From Cyanophora paradoxa CCMP329 (lineage: Eukaryota > Plantae > Glaucophyta), in the NCBI GenBank assembly GCA_004431415.1, contig QPMI01000648.1, positions 1 to 64,000 on the forward strand: a DNA stretch of 64,000 bases, written 5' to 3'. Every line of letters starts with the position of its first letter. Position 1 is the stretch's first letter. Both the position numbers and the translations under genes were made by a program. Shown one piece after another: positions 25,638 through 38,998 of this stretch. A model generated the notes under the pieces. It saw only the letters and a program-made list of their open reading frames with translations. It was not told the origin of the DNA and searched no databases.

Positions 25638-25942
25638 AGGCGCCTGATCTGTGTTCCTTGCTGCTTTCACAATCCACATTTACGCGATATCGCCGAGAAG
25701 AACACCGATCCGCCTATCAAGCTTGGTCGCGGTCAAGCACCTAGCCATTGCATGATTGCGCCGCTAGCGCTAGCGCCGCTTCGCGATCGAGCCCGAGCTC
25801 AGGCGCTGGATCCGGAGCATGCTCACATAATTTTGTGCAGCTTCAACGTCAACGCCGCTTCGCCCCGCGCGGCGCTGGCGCCGGCGGGCATGCGCTACGC
25901 TTCCGAAGTTCCGAAGTCTGCGGCAGGGAGAGCTCATGATCA

Positions 25943-26305
25943 GGTCCCAGAGGGGGTACGGGGGGCCCGGGAGGCGGGCCTGCAGGCGGGGCGAAGGGGA
26001 CGGGGGGCGGGGTGAGGCGGGAGGAGGGCCCCAGGGGCGGCTGGGGGCTCCCCGGCGCGACAGGGCCCGGCGGGGGCCCGTCCATGAGCTGGGGCGGCAT
26101 GCCCCTGCCGGGGGGCCCGCCTCCCTGCAGCTGGTTCCTGCGGCGCGGGCGGTCCTTGAGATGGGGGTACGAGCTCGAGGCCTCGACAGAGCTCGAGAGC
26201 GCGGCGTACCCGACGGCGACGCGTACGGCGGCGCTGACGGCGGTCGCCATATATATGCATGACGTTGGGGGGGGGGGAGTTGGTTCACCTGAGCGGAGCG
26301 CTAGC
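25943..26305 (-). pseudogene. Inverted degenerate duplicate of the terminal exon region (24765-25097) of the YTH gene
   Basis: Near-identical reverse complement carrying four palindromic micro-insertions, one of which shifts the frame. Confidence 0.85.
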
Positions 26306-28223
26306 GCCTGCGCAGCCGGAGCGGGACAGGCGAGGAGGGGCGGGACAGGCGAGGAGGGGCGGGCCCGGGGGTGCGGGGGTTTGAAAAAAGACGGGTACGA
26401 GAAAATTTCCCACCGCGTCGGCGCGCGGCTGGCTGCGGCCCGTCCATGGCGCCGCCGCTGTCGCTCAGCGTGAACAGCATGAGGTAGGCGGCTGGCGCGC
26501 CGAGCGGCGGCGCGAAATGGGCGTCGAGTTGGCGCCTCGGCAGCCGGCCTTGTCGCCGGCCATTCCGCAGGAGATTCAGGAGCGTGCGCGTCAGGGGTTA
26601 GCTTCTATGATGTCTCCGGCTCGGCGAGGAGTGCCGCGGGAGCGGTCGCGGCGACGTCGGCTGGCCGCAATGTCGGCCAGCTTTCGCGCAAAGCCCACGC
26701 CGTCAAGCGCCGCAGCGTTAGTGAACGCGCGGTAGCCGTGGCGTGGCACACTGGCGCGGCGACGTGTTCTGTCAACACGCGGACGGCGCCCGGCCCCCGC
26801 TCCCTTGCTTGGCAGCTGGGGCTCATCGGCGCTCTCTCATTTCGTTCCGCTCCTCATCTCCTCGCTGTCGAGTCGCTAGATGGCGGTTCTTTTCCACATG
26901 CAGGGAAGCTCAGGTCTTTCCGTCGACTTTTGCTTGTCAGGCGTAGTGCCTCTCCTGCCCTCCGCTATACGTGGGTCTTCCCTAGGGCGGACTTCCACGT
27001 CTGGAGGGTGTTTGCGCGCTCTGTTTGCCTTCATCGGTCTGCGTAGGGCGCTGGGCTTTTTCTGCAGGTGTATCTTTCGGCCTCTTGCCCCATTTGTAGA
27101 TATAGGACGTAGATAGAATTTTCCACCACTTAGACAGAGCACAGCACTCGACGGTCCTCAATGTTATCTAGTCGGAGAGATAAATTGGGCGATGTGAAAC
27201 TCCTAGTAGTTGTTGTTGTGTGCTAATGCAAATCCTTCCCCGGGTGCGGGGGTTTGAGGACAGAAGAGGAGCAGGGGGCGCCGGGCGGGATGCATATGGG
27301 GTACTCCGGGAACGGGGCCGGGAGTCGACGGGCTTAGGGGGCCAGGCACACAGCTCGTTTTTTTTCCTAATCGACTCGACATGCCCGTTGTGTGGGCAAG
27401 GGTAGCCGGCGATCGCGATAACTTTTCACCCGCTACGAGCCGGCTAGTGCGCCTACGTCAGCGTGTAGCCGGCAAGCTTTTAAGCTAGCGGGTAGATTGC
27501 ACTAGCTATAGCTAGCTAAAGCCAGGGAATTCCATGCAAATACCCGCGGGGAATTTTAAGGAAAACCGGATACTCGCCGTGTTGGGTCGACCGGTAAAAA
27601 AAACGAGCTGTGATGACGTCGACGTCGACGTCGACGAACCGGCCAGAATAGCCGGGGTACAGGTTTGCCCCAAGTTGCATACCCCGTTTCAATATAGGTA
27701 TATATACCCCCCGCGCCCCTAGCTGTAAATTGCGCAATAACTTGAAACTCCGACTCTCCGGGCTGGGTCGATAGGTCAGGACCCGCCGACCCGGGGGCCG
27801 GGACTCGAGCTCGGCCTCGAGCTCGGGCCCTCGACCCGTGTACCGTACGCGTATACGTAGAACTGCAGCTGCGGGAGTCTGCGACGTCGACAGGCAGCTG
27901 CAGGCTCATGACCTGGCATGCTCAAGCTTATGATTAGCTGCATGCGCAGGCCAGCTTTAGCTCAAGCACTTTCGCGATGAACGTAGCGCAGCTGCAGGGC
28001 TAGGAGCGCCAGCGGCAGAAAGCCGCAGTTCTAGTCTTCTAGCGCGCGTGATTATCGATCTCCACCACCTTTCAGGCCTACAGGTGCCGGCACGCCGCTG
28101 GCGAACTCGCCCGCATGCGCAGAGTTGAACCGCGCGCGCGCAGCACATGTACACCTAGGCCACGGCCAGGCCCGCTTGCGAACTTGCCCGCAGAATTGCG
28201 CCCCCGCGCGCGCCCGTCCGCAC

Positions 28224-31200
28224 ATGGAGACGAAGCGGATCACCGAGGATGGAGCAGTCGGGAAGGTGCGTCTTGTTCCATCTTGTCCTAGACCTTGCCC
28301 CTGCACTGGCCTTGCAGTACAAGTAATAGTGCTTCCCCGTTCGCGAACTCATTGCTGATCATGACTCCGCGCTCGCCCTGGCGCACAGAACGAGGATCGG
28401 GTGCGCCCTCGACGCGCAATTCATAATCTCTGCGCATGCTCTCCTAGCTCACTGAAACTTGAACCAGCTATGGCGGTCGATGTTTGCGGTTCAAGTCGCA
28501 CTGGTCCGCTGCCGCGGCCTGCTACGGGCGCGTGGGTTGCTTTCGATCTCATGATCATCGCTTGCTTTCGCACGCAGACCGAGATAACAACGAAGAAGTA
28601 CAACAACAGGCGAGGTGGGCCCATCGCCCCGCCGCGGGCCGGACCCGAGCTGACTCGGGTTCGGGGCCCCCGTGGCCAGAGCAAATATTGGCGGTCGTCT
28701 GGTCGATCGTGGACGGGCTCCAATTGCTCGCGCTGGTCATAGGAAGGTTCTCGGGTGCGTTTGGCTTGCAGCCGGGGCCGGCGACGTCGACCGCGGCCGG
28801 TTGCAATTGACTAATCTGTGTGCGGCCCGGCCCGGCCGGCGGCCGCAGGCTTCGACGCGGGAGTCACGCGGCCGCTGCTTCAGTGGCTGGACCTGCACAT
28901 CCTTTTCACGCAGCACAGCTGGGATGCCTTCACGGTGCGGTGTTCCGCGCCCGCGCCGCGCCGATCGCGAATGCTCCGCCTCACGCGCACGCCGCAGAAA
29001 ACGTTCTGGGTCTACTTTACGGCCACCCTCTACGCCATCCTGGCTTTCGGGTACTACGCCCTGAGGCAGTCGGTGCGGCCAGCTCGCCACCTGAGGCACC
29101 TGAGGCCCTCGCGATCGCGCGCGGTCTCGCTTGACTCAGGCTCTCGCGAACCGACGTGCAGAAGGGCAAGGGTCGTAGCGTCCAGGTCTACATGTCCATG
29201 GCTGCACGGGTACCGCTTTCTGCGCTTTCCCGAAGCCCGCTCGCGCCGGCCCTAAGGCGGACCCTTCCACCGCCGCCCCGCAGGCGCTTCTCTTCGGCCT
29301 CTTCACGCCCTACCTGAAGGCGCGTCGACGCGCCACCCCCGGCCGGCCCCGTCGGCGCCCCGGCAGCCTGCCTCTGACGCCCTCGCAGCTCTTCGCGAGC
29401 GTCTTCGCCTGCGGGCAGGTGCGCGGCCCGGCATGCGTGAGGCGCCCGCGACTCACGCGAGGCCGGCAGGACGACCTGCGGCCGGCGCTCCCCACGGACC
29501 CCGCCTCGCCGCCGCTCTTCGTCTGCCTCAACCTCCAGTGGGCGCGCCCCTCGCCTGCGCGCGGCCCAGCCCGGTGCGGTCCGAGCCGGGCGGGCGGCCG
29601 CAGACCCTGTATGCGGCGGTCTCGGGCGCCGTCCTCGGCTTCTTCATCCTCTTCTCCACCCTCTACTTCTTCCTGTTCCGCCACAATCACCTCAACTGCC
29701 CGGACTACGAGTCCCGCCCGCACGGCCGGTGCGCCTCGAGCTCGGGCCCGTCGCCGTCCTCGCGGGATCGAGAGTACCGGTGCAGGTTCCACGCGGCGTA
29801 CGCGCTGGCGCGCATCGCGATGGTGGCGGCGACGATCGTCGTACCCTCCACGGACCTCATCGCATGCCTCGTCTCGCTCGCGTGCACCGCGTACCCCCTC
29901 TACCTCCACTTCTCCTTCCTCCCGTCCTACAAGCCCATCATGAACTACGTCGTGCGCGCTGGCCATGCCCCCTCCAACCCCTCCCCCCTTTTCCAACCCC
30001 ATCTTCCCCCACCCCCCCCCCTCCGGCACCCTCCCTCACCCGCACCTCCACCTCCCCCCCCCCCCCCCCCCGCCCCCAGCCTAACCGCCGGGGCGCATGC
30101 GCAGCGGGGCGGCTTCCTGGCGTCGGCGTCGTGCCTGGCGCTGGCGTCGTGCGTGCTGGCCTCGGTGGGCGCCCCGGCGAGTCGAGCCGCGCCCTCGGCT
30201 CGGCCGTCGCCCTCGCCTTCGCCGGCTTCGCCTTCGCCTGCGGCCTCGCCCTCGTCTGGTTCCGCTACTGGCAGGCGCGCCCGCGCCCGCCCGACCCAAG
30301 CGCGCGCGCGAGCCCCTCACCCTCCGCTCTCGAAGGCGGAGAAGATGTCGCGGGTGGAGGAGGTGGACAAGCTGGACCTCAAGACCCACTTCGACGCCGA
30401 GCTCGCCGTCCGCGTCCTCCTCCTCCGCGACTCGTCCCAGCCCGCCGTCGCCGTCCGCCGCGTCCCGCGCCCCTCGCTCCCCCTTCGAACCCCCTCCTTA
30501 TCTTATCGTCCGCGGCCGCGGCCGGCGGAGCAGAAGGCGGAGGCGATGTACCGCCACGCGATCGGCGAGTTCCCGACCTCGGCCTACCTCCAGCTCCAGG
30601 CGCGCCCCCACCCGGCCCCGGCCCTCCGCATGCACGCCCCGCGCCGTCCCGCCCTTGCTCACATTCGCTGCTGCGGGCGGCATACGCATGCGCAGCTGGC
30701 GAACCTGCTGAAGCAGTACGGGAACAACCCGAACGCTGCCCACGCCGAGATCCGCATCGGGTGCGCACGGCCCCGGCCCGCGGCCGGCGCGCTGGATGGC
30801 TCTCCTGCTGAAACTGGAATCGCGGGGGCAGGTGGCGGAAGGAGCCGACCGTCGACTACCGCTACGAGCTGCACGCCACCAAGCTCTTGTGCGCCGCCCC
30901 CGTGATCGGCCTCCAGCGCGCGCGATCGAGCCTGCCGTCTCACTCTCTTCCGCCGGCGACTGCAGCTGGGAGCGGCAGGCGCAGGTGTACAGCGGGGGCC
31001 AGGGGGGGCAGGTCGCCGCCGCGGACCTCTTCAGCTCCGCCGACGCCAAGAAGCAGTACGAGAGCGCCCGCCAGAGCCGTGCGCCGTCCCCCGCCCTCCC
31101 CTCGTCCCGGCCCTCCAATCTGACTGGCCCCGGCCCCGGCCGCGCGGCGCAGACACGAAGACGCTGAAGATGACGCGGCAGTTCTGGATACAGCTGACGA

Positions 31201-34200
31201 AGAAGAACCTGCACGTCGTGGGCGCCCTCGACGACGTCCCCCGCAGGCCCGCCCCGCCCCGCCCCGCCCGGCCGCGCGCCTCTGATCTCGCCGGGCAGGC
31301 TTGCGGACATCCATCAGGTGGCTCTGGGCGCCGAGAGTGCATACGTCGCCCTGATCAAGCGTGCGCGGGGCTCGAGCTCTCGCGCCACGCGTACGGTGCC
31401 GCCGACGCCGACGCCGACCGCCCGGCGCGCAGGCTACGGCAACTCGAAGATCCTCCTCCGCTCCTACGCCTCCTTCCTCGAGCACTGCCTCGTCCGCCCC
31501 GCCCCGGCCCTCCCCTCGGCCCACCGGCAGGCTCTCTGAGAGCCCCGCGCCCGCGCCCCCGTCAGAACGACAAGCAGCGGGCACAGCTCTACTACATGAA
31601 GGCCGACGAGGTCGAGGAGTCCGAGTCCAAGACGGCCTCCCTCTCGGCCTCGCAGAGCCAGTCGCAGAGCCAGTCGGCCGGCGGCGGCGGCGGGGGCACG
31701 CAGTCGGCGTCGGAGTCGCAGTCGGCCTCGTCGGGGGCCTCGTCGTCGGCCGCCGCCAAGAAGCGGGCTGCCAACAAGGAGCTCCGGCTCCGCTCCAACG
31801 AGACCAAGGCCGTCAAGCGCCTCTTCTGGTGCGCGCGCGCGCCCGCCTGGAGCGCGCGGGCCTCCCCGCACCCGCTCACCGCCCCTCGCGGCCGCTCGCA
31901 GGGGCGTCGTTATCGGGCTCCTGTTGCTGGGCGGCCTTGCCTGCGCCATGTTCATCGCCGTCAAGGTAGCCGCCGGCCATGGGCCCGCCCCGTGTGGGGC
32001 GGGCCGGAGTACGATCAAGCCTCATCTGACGGGTACCCGGTGCTCTCCGCAGATGCTCTTCGTGGAGTACTCGCAGAACAACAGTCGGCTGCGCTTCCTC
32101 TCGTTCCAGCGGCGCCGTGTCGTCCACGTGAACACGATGATCCGACACATGCACCTCGCCGCCCGCGCCAACAGTCCGCAGCTCTCTCCCGCGTCTTGAG
32201 CCTTGCGTTCTTTTCTCTTAACATCATCCGCTCGCTACAGACACGGAGCTCTACGCACACTGGGCGAAAGAGATCGGCATTCGCGCCAAGGACTTCTCCT
32301 ACGATCACCGTGGCCTCTACTTCGGATATGACGGTGCATCCTTGCGATAGAGCGTCGGGCCGTCGATGTCCGCGCGCGCGCCGGCGCTGACGCTGGGCAT
32401 GCAGACTTGGGCATCCCGCCGAGCACGAACCCCGAGATCGTGAAGTACTGGAAGGCGCCGGACACGGAGATCGTGCTGCACTACCCGGGGCCCCCCGCCT
32501 ACGAGATCAAGGAAAAGCAGACCATCTGGGACGCCGGCAACGGGATGTGCGTGCCCGTCCCGCTCCGCACCCCAATCTCGGAGACTCTGACGCACGCCGG
32601 TCGGCCGGCGCGGCAGTATGCTCATGTGCCGGCGCATCAGCCTCATGCCGCCAGCAACCTTCCAAGGAGCGAACCTCCTCGGAATCCGAGAGCTAAGATA
32701 CGTCTTCCAGAACGCCCTCTTCGGCATCCTGGAAGCCCTCAACGTCGGCGCCGAAATCTACGAGAAAGACGTGCGCGCGCCACAGACAGAAACGTTCACT
32801 GGGACCGACTTGTAGCGATTGCAATCTGCATCGCAATTGCAAGCGGCATGCCGGCCGCGGCCCGCAACTTATTTGGCCCCGCCCGTGCGCAGGTGATCAT
32901 GACGATCGAGAAGGCGAAGTACATCCTCCTCGCCATCTGCCTCTTCTCCTGTGTCACGCTCCTCTGCTTGGCCGTCTTCGTGTTCCGGTGCGGGCTGCCT
33001 TATTTCTTAGATCAAATAAGAGATCGACGCTTAATTTCACCGAGTTCCTCTGCCGAGCCGCCTGAACCGAACGCAAATCTCGACCTAACTGCGCACCGGC
33101 GCGCAGGCCCTCGTTCGCGAAGGTGCGGGTGACGATGCGGGGCATGAGCGACATCCTGGAGGGGATCCCGCGGCCCCGTGCGCCCCCCGCCGGCCCGCCC
33201 CCGCCGGCCCGAGCGCTGACCTGCGCCCGGCCGCCGCCAGTGCTGAAGCAGATCGCGAAGCACTACAGCAAGGCGCAGAAGCGGGACCGCGAGGGCGACT
33301 CGGAGGAGGAGGAGGAGGAGGAGGGGGGCGCCAAGGGCGCCAACTCGTCGGACAGCAGCCGCGAGAGCACGAAGAGCTTGGGGTCGGACGGCGCCGAGGA
33401 CGGCGGGCGCCAGAAGTCGGCCCGGCGCTCCAAGCCGTCGCGGCGCTCCAGGGCGTCCGGCAAGGGGAAGGAGCGGGAGGAGAAGGAGGCGGCGTCGGAG
33501 TCGAGCGCGGACGAGAAGGGGAAGAAGGAGCGCAGGAAGGGGAAGCGGAAGGAGAAGGGCGGCTCCAGGAAGCGCGGGGCCGCCAAGAAGTACGAGGTCG
33601 AGAAGAGCGCCGGCGAGGCGTCGGAGACGACGGCTGCCGAGCTCGAGGCCCCCACCGAGTCGAAGCGGATGTCGATGCCGGTGGATGTCGTGCCGGCGGC
33701 CGCGGCCGCCGCCCCGGCGCCTGCTTCGGCCACGGCCGTCGAGAAGACTTCGGTGGATGGCGCCGGCAGCCGCGGCGGCAGCGCGGGGAGCCGCCGCGCC
33801 TCGAGGCCGCCGTCGGGATCGGCGGCGGCGGCGGCGGCGGGCCCCGCTGTGGTTGGCGACCTTGAGCTCGAGGCGCCGTCGTCCCCTGAACAGGGAACGC
33901 TTGGCGTTGGCGGGGCGGGCACGGCGCGGTCGAGCGAGGAGCCGGAGGCGGTGCTGGCGATCCCCGAGCTGCGCGACGCCGACGAGGCGCTCGTCCACGT
34001 CCTCCAGTCCATCCGCCCCGCTAGCGCTGACTCGGACAAGCTGAAGGCGAATTCGAAGACGGGCGTCGCGAGTGCGCCCGCCAGCGCCTCGAGCGGCCAC
34101 GGCGCCGGTAGCTGGACCCCCGATGAGGAGGATCAGCGCAAGGAGCGCCGCGACCGCAGCGCCAGCATCCAGCTGACGCAGAAGCCGCGGACGACACCGC

Positions 34201-36415
34201 TGGTGCGCCAGGGCAGCAACGGTGGCGCCACGGGCGGCATCTTGCGCAAGGCCGCAGCAGAGGCGGCAGCGTCTGCGGATGAGGACAAGCCCAAGGCCCC
34301 TGCGCATCACAAGCGGCAAGCCAGCGGCAAGGAGGCGCAGGAGGGCGCGGAGAAGAGCAGCAGCAGCGGGGAAGATGCCAAGAAGGACAAGAAGAAGAAG
34401 AAGGACGCGGAGCAGAAGCAGAAAGCGCGCCGGGGCGACGAGGGCGAGAAGCAGGGCGCAGACATCCTCACCAAGTGCGCTCCGAGCGCTCCGGGTGCTT
34501 CTCCTCCGAGTGCTCCTCACCAAACACGCCGCGCGCTCTCCCCGGCGCAGGCTCACGTACAAGTACACTGCCGCCTTCTTCGTCATCGTGCGCGGCCCCG
34601 CGCGCGGCCCTTTGAATCCACTTCTCCGCCTCGGCTCGAGCTGCTCCACCATCCAAGAATATTTTAATTGCTGATCGGTCCCCTCATGCAGGCCGGCATC
34701 TTCATCGTTAACTTCATGGTCTGTTTCATCATCCTCGACGCCGGCAAGAATTACGCGTACGAGATCAACCTCGCCGGCCGGGTGCGCCGTGAGCTGCTGC
34801 TGCAGATCTAGATCTAGAGCGCGCGGGCCTCGAGCCGAGCGCGCTGACCCGGCCGGGGCCTGCAGCGCCGCTCGATCGCCCGCGAAGTCCCCTTCTACGC
34901 TCGCGAGCTCTACATGCAAGGTGCGGCGGGCACCGCCCGTCTACCCTCTGTCTTAAATACTGCATAAAAAATATCCGAGGCTCCATTCTCGCACATACTA
35001 TATAGAAAACATATTGTTCGATTTCAAGCCCATGCTTCAACAGCGGAGGCAGCGGTTTTCTCTCGGGATCCTCACTCTGGCCGCGCGCCCGCGCGCAGGC
35101 GTCATCTTCCTGCCCCGCGCGCAGGTCTTCGAGCGCCTCATGAAGAAGATGGCCCTGTGCGTGGCCACGGCTCTTTCAGGACGGGAAAGTGCACTCACCG
35201 ACGGCGCTGGGCCGCCCGCGCGCAGCCTGAAGGAGATCCACCAGGCGCTGAAGTTCGGAGACCCGGAGCTGAACGTGCTGGGCGCCAACGGGCGCAACAA
35301 GCAGCTCGACGCCATCATGTACGAGCCCGGCTGCCTTCGCCTCAACGTGCGCGCGGGCACATTTGCAGATGCGATCTTTTTCGGGAGGCCCGCTCTGACG
35401 CAAAGCATGCGCAGGCGGCCAAGTGCGTCGACAATCGCGTTGCAGACATGCAGCTCGTCGGTGCGCGCTCGCGGCTGCAGCTGGCGCGCGGCTGGCGTCT
35501 CACCAGCCACGGAAGTCTGACCCGCGGGCATCGATATCGGCGCAGACAACGGGCTGGACGCCCTGGTGCTGGGCTTTGGGGACTTGCTCATTGAGCTGCT
35601 TTTGGAGACGGCCCCCGACCTGCTGCTCACCGGCAAGGAGGATAAGAAGTACATCAAGGTGGGCGCCGTACAATCGCTCCAATTTTCTCATTCTTGATCG
35701 AACTATGTGTACTAATATAATTCGGCGCAGCCGAACACGACACCGAATTCGGCCACGCTGGATCTCATTATGGATGCGCGTCTGCTTCTCTTATTATTTT
35801 CAAAGCACCCAATCGAGCGCGACGTGTCCCGCCGTTGGGCTGATCGGACGGGCCGGCAGATCGACGACGGGGACCTGGACGACGGGCTGAACAGGGCGGC
35901 CGCCGCCTTCGTCGCCGAGTCCCTCACCTCCATGGGCGTCATCGAGACGATGGAGGCGCGTGCACGCTCTCGCATACGCGCTCTTACTGGTTTCAGAGCG
36001 CCGTCCTTGCATTTTGAGATGGTTCGGTAACGTTTGGCGAGCAGGCGCTGATCCTCACCTTCGTCATTTTGTTCTTGGCGGGTTTATACTGTGAGCGCTG
36101 GTCCCCCGCACGCCCTATTATACTTCCCGGTACCGTTTGTTTAACGTGGCGTGCGCCTTCACCCGTCGCGAGCGCGCAGTGTACCTCTTCGCGCCCATGC
36201 TGGCGCGCCTGAGAGAGGAGACGGGCCGGGCCGGCCAGATCCTCCGCATGATCCCCAAGGACGTCGTCCTCAAGGCGCGCCCGGCCTCGCCCGCCCTCGC
36301 CCTCCGCTCGCGAGCGGCCCCGAGCGCGTGTCTGATGGGGCGCGTCCCGCTCGCGCAGTGCGTGCACCTGCACCACTACTTCGTGGGCATCGGCAAGGAG
36401 GAGGAGGACGAGTAG
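28224..36415 (+). CDS. TmcB/TmcC-like polytopic membrane protein without PAS domains, copy A (many exons)
   Basis: N-terminal multi-TM region (FLPSYKPIMNYV), TPR-like AEAMYRHAIGEFPTSAYL and YGNSKILLRSYASFLEH, two TM-flanked ectodomains and C-terminal LRMIPKDV. An apparent 1-bp deletion at ~30168 may be a sequence error. Confidence 0.75.
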
Positions 36416-37052
36416 ACCGGCGGCGCCCGCGCTCGTACGCGTCGACGTCGCTCGAATTCGGTTCCCTCGATCGGCTGCGCTCCCGGCCTCCGAGGCGCCG
36501 GCCCATCGTGCGGCCGGTTGCGACGCCATCGACATCGCTCGACGGCTCGTGCTTTAGCTCTAAATCGAAATGTTTATTAGGCCGCACATGGCAGTTTTCA
36601 GAATATTTATACGGTAATGAATAAGTAGTAGGTTTTCCGGATCCTTCTGTCTCAAATTGCGATATCGATTAATATTGAGCTGCAACTCGGACTGAACAGG
36701 GACACTGTCATTGTCTGTCAGTCACACTTCCCAGCTTTCTGTCTGGTGAAATAATTCATTTTGCGTATACTATCATAACTATAGTATCGCAGTATACTAT
36801 GCGATGAAGCGTTAACGTTGTGATCATGAGTATGCAGACAGCTGCAGTAGGAGACTACCAAAATTATATAAACGCTTCGGAGTTTGTATACTAACTCAGC
36901 ACATATCTGCAGCTGAGTCATGATCGATATCGATGTAGTGAATGTTAACTACAATGATAAGAGCCGTCTCGGTATGTAGATATCGATATCGATGTGCGTG
37001 TTCATGTTGTCGCCGCCGCCGCCGCGTTCAAAATTTGCCGAGAGATATCGAT

Positions 37053-37690
37053 TTATTTTTTTTGGTGAATTACCGGCCACAGTCTCTAGACACCAGCACT
37101 GCGGGGGCTGCCCAGGGGGCATAAAGACAAAAAAGCAAAATAACTAAGACAAGAGCACGAAGAAAGATAAGACAAAGAGCCAAAATCGACAATAATAAAG
37201 AAAAGACACAGAGCTCGAGACAGATCGAGAAGAGACGATAAAGCGAGCAGATCGAGGGACAAAGGAGGACTGACACGAAGAAGAGCCAGAGCTAGAGATA
37301 CCATCAAGATCGGAAGGAATTACAACACTAAGAAGCGGAGGACAAAATTGAGAAAGATAAATAACAGGAAGCAGACAAGTAAGAGGAACAACAAGACGAC
37401 GTGGAGGCGGAGGCGAAGCAGGACGATGCGAAAGGGCAGAGCTACGGCACGAGGTCGACGAGGACACAGGAGGCGGAGCAGGCGGATCAAGAGCAGGCAA
37501 AAGGACAGTCAAAGGAATCACTAAAGCCGGCCGGGGTCGAGGCGGGCAGTCGAACTGCAAACGACGGCGAACAACAGGTCGAGCACGAGGACTATAGCTA
37601 GTATTGAAACTAACTCTAGCATCAACACTACGATCAGAATCCGAACTGGACCGAACTCGTCGAACTCGTTCGCAAGCTGAGATTCGAGAG
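37053..37690 (-). mobile_element. Poly(A)-tailed retroposon fragment, family R2
   Basis: T-run at the left end. The ~50-nt 3' tail is shared with the SINE at 39368, and the body has a strong purine strand skew. The TSD and right boundary are uncertain. Confidence 0.55.
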
Positions 37691-37766
37691 GATATCGATG
37701 GTGCTGCTATCGATATCGATGGATTTGGAATCCTCGCAATCCTAGAATTCGAATCTCCTCCGCTTG

Positions 37767-37798
<32 letters not shown>

Positions 37799-38904
37799 GG
37801 GCCCGTCAACCAAACCAATTAAGGACCGACTCCATGTAAGGACCGATTGATATTTGTTTTTGCGACCGTCGACGTCGACGCATCGACTTTTCAAGCTCAT
37901 GATCACCTACTTACAGATCCCGGATCATGATCACCCATATGTGCATGGCCAGCTGCAGCCTGCAGGCTTATAATTACTGCTTAAGCTTTCGGTGGATTTT
38001 AATAATTTCCGGAATGATCGGGCGCCGGCCCCGCCGCATGCGCAGTTCAACGGTTGCCGCTCCCGCGGCGGTCAAGTTTATTGCCAAGTTGCCCCTCTTG
38101 CTTCCCGTTCCCTCGCTTTGAATTCAGCCAAAAGTTTTCTATGAGGCCGTTTTCGAGGTCCAGTATGCAACACCAGAAAAAAGGGCGCTTATTCGCGTTC
38201 CGATTGGCTCGGTGGACCGGTCAGCTCTCGCCGAGTCGACTTTCGAGCGTCGGACTCGAGCTCGCGAGAGCACTCTCGACTCGGGAAAAGTGGTTTTCGA
38301 TGGGAAAACCAATCTCTCACTCCTCTTGCTATAGATCTGGGCTCTCCGGGCCTCTAGATCTCCCTCGCCGAGTCGAGCTCGCGCGGCGCTGCACTGTCAC
38401 GCGGCGGTTTTGCATGGCAACCACTTCTCCCTACTAAGAGTCCCTAGCTGTCTCCTCTACAGTCTCTACTAAGCTAAATTTCCTCTTGCTCGCACTACGC
38501 TGTTAACGTTCTGCCCGGCACCGCGAAACCGCTTGCACCGCTGCCTCAGGGCCTGCGCCGCTAGCGCTGATCGCAGCCGAGCATGCGTGGCCGTCCAGAC
38601 TGTAGTCTTTTGCTGCGCTCAGCGCTAGCAAGCCGGCGACATCGCGTGCGCCGCAGAACCGCGTGCGCCGGCCGAGCACGCCTGCTGGGCCGGGCGCTCT
38701 TGTTGCGCTCGGCACCCGGCCAGCAGACTAGTTCGCGTGCTGCGCACGACGTGCCGCTTGTCCGCTTAGTCTGCGCCCCGCGTGCGCCCCGCGTTGCGCC
38801 GCGCGCCTGCGTCCCCGCCGCCTGCCACCCGGCCAGCAGTCCAGCTCGGTTGCTGGGCACGGCGCGCCGCTGCACACCGCTTGCCGTTCGTTACGGTTCT
38901 GCCG

Positions 38905-38998
38905 CGCGCATGTGCGTGCCACTATAGCTAGGACTCTTTCACTAGATCCCGGTTCCCCCCTTGCACGCCCGGCGCGAAAATCGCGGCCGGGCCACTAG
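38905..38998 (+). mobile_element. Canonical Helitron-like 3' terminus, family 2, second copy
   Basis: CCCGGCGCG-AAAAT-CGCGGCCGGG hairpin followed by CTAG|T at 38995-38998. Homologous to 9551-9637. Confidence 0.6.

Noticed and set aside
26310-27140. Possible small minus-strand gene upstream of the inverted YTH fragment
   Set aside because: No recognisable domain, and no consistent exon chain could be built by eye.
30160-30180. Frameshift making copy A (and ~45655 making copy B) a pseudogene
   Set aside because: Each is a single-G loss in a short G run and is intact in the other arm, typical of long-read consensus error. Read-level checking is needed before calling a pseudogene.
33012-34919. 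635-aa antisense ORF and similar long Arg/Pro/Gly-rich ORFs elsewhere
   Set aside because: These are shadow frames opposite real GC-rich exons.
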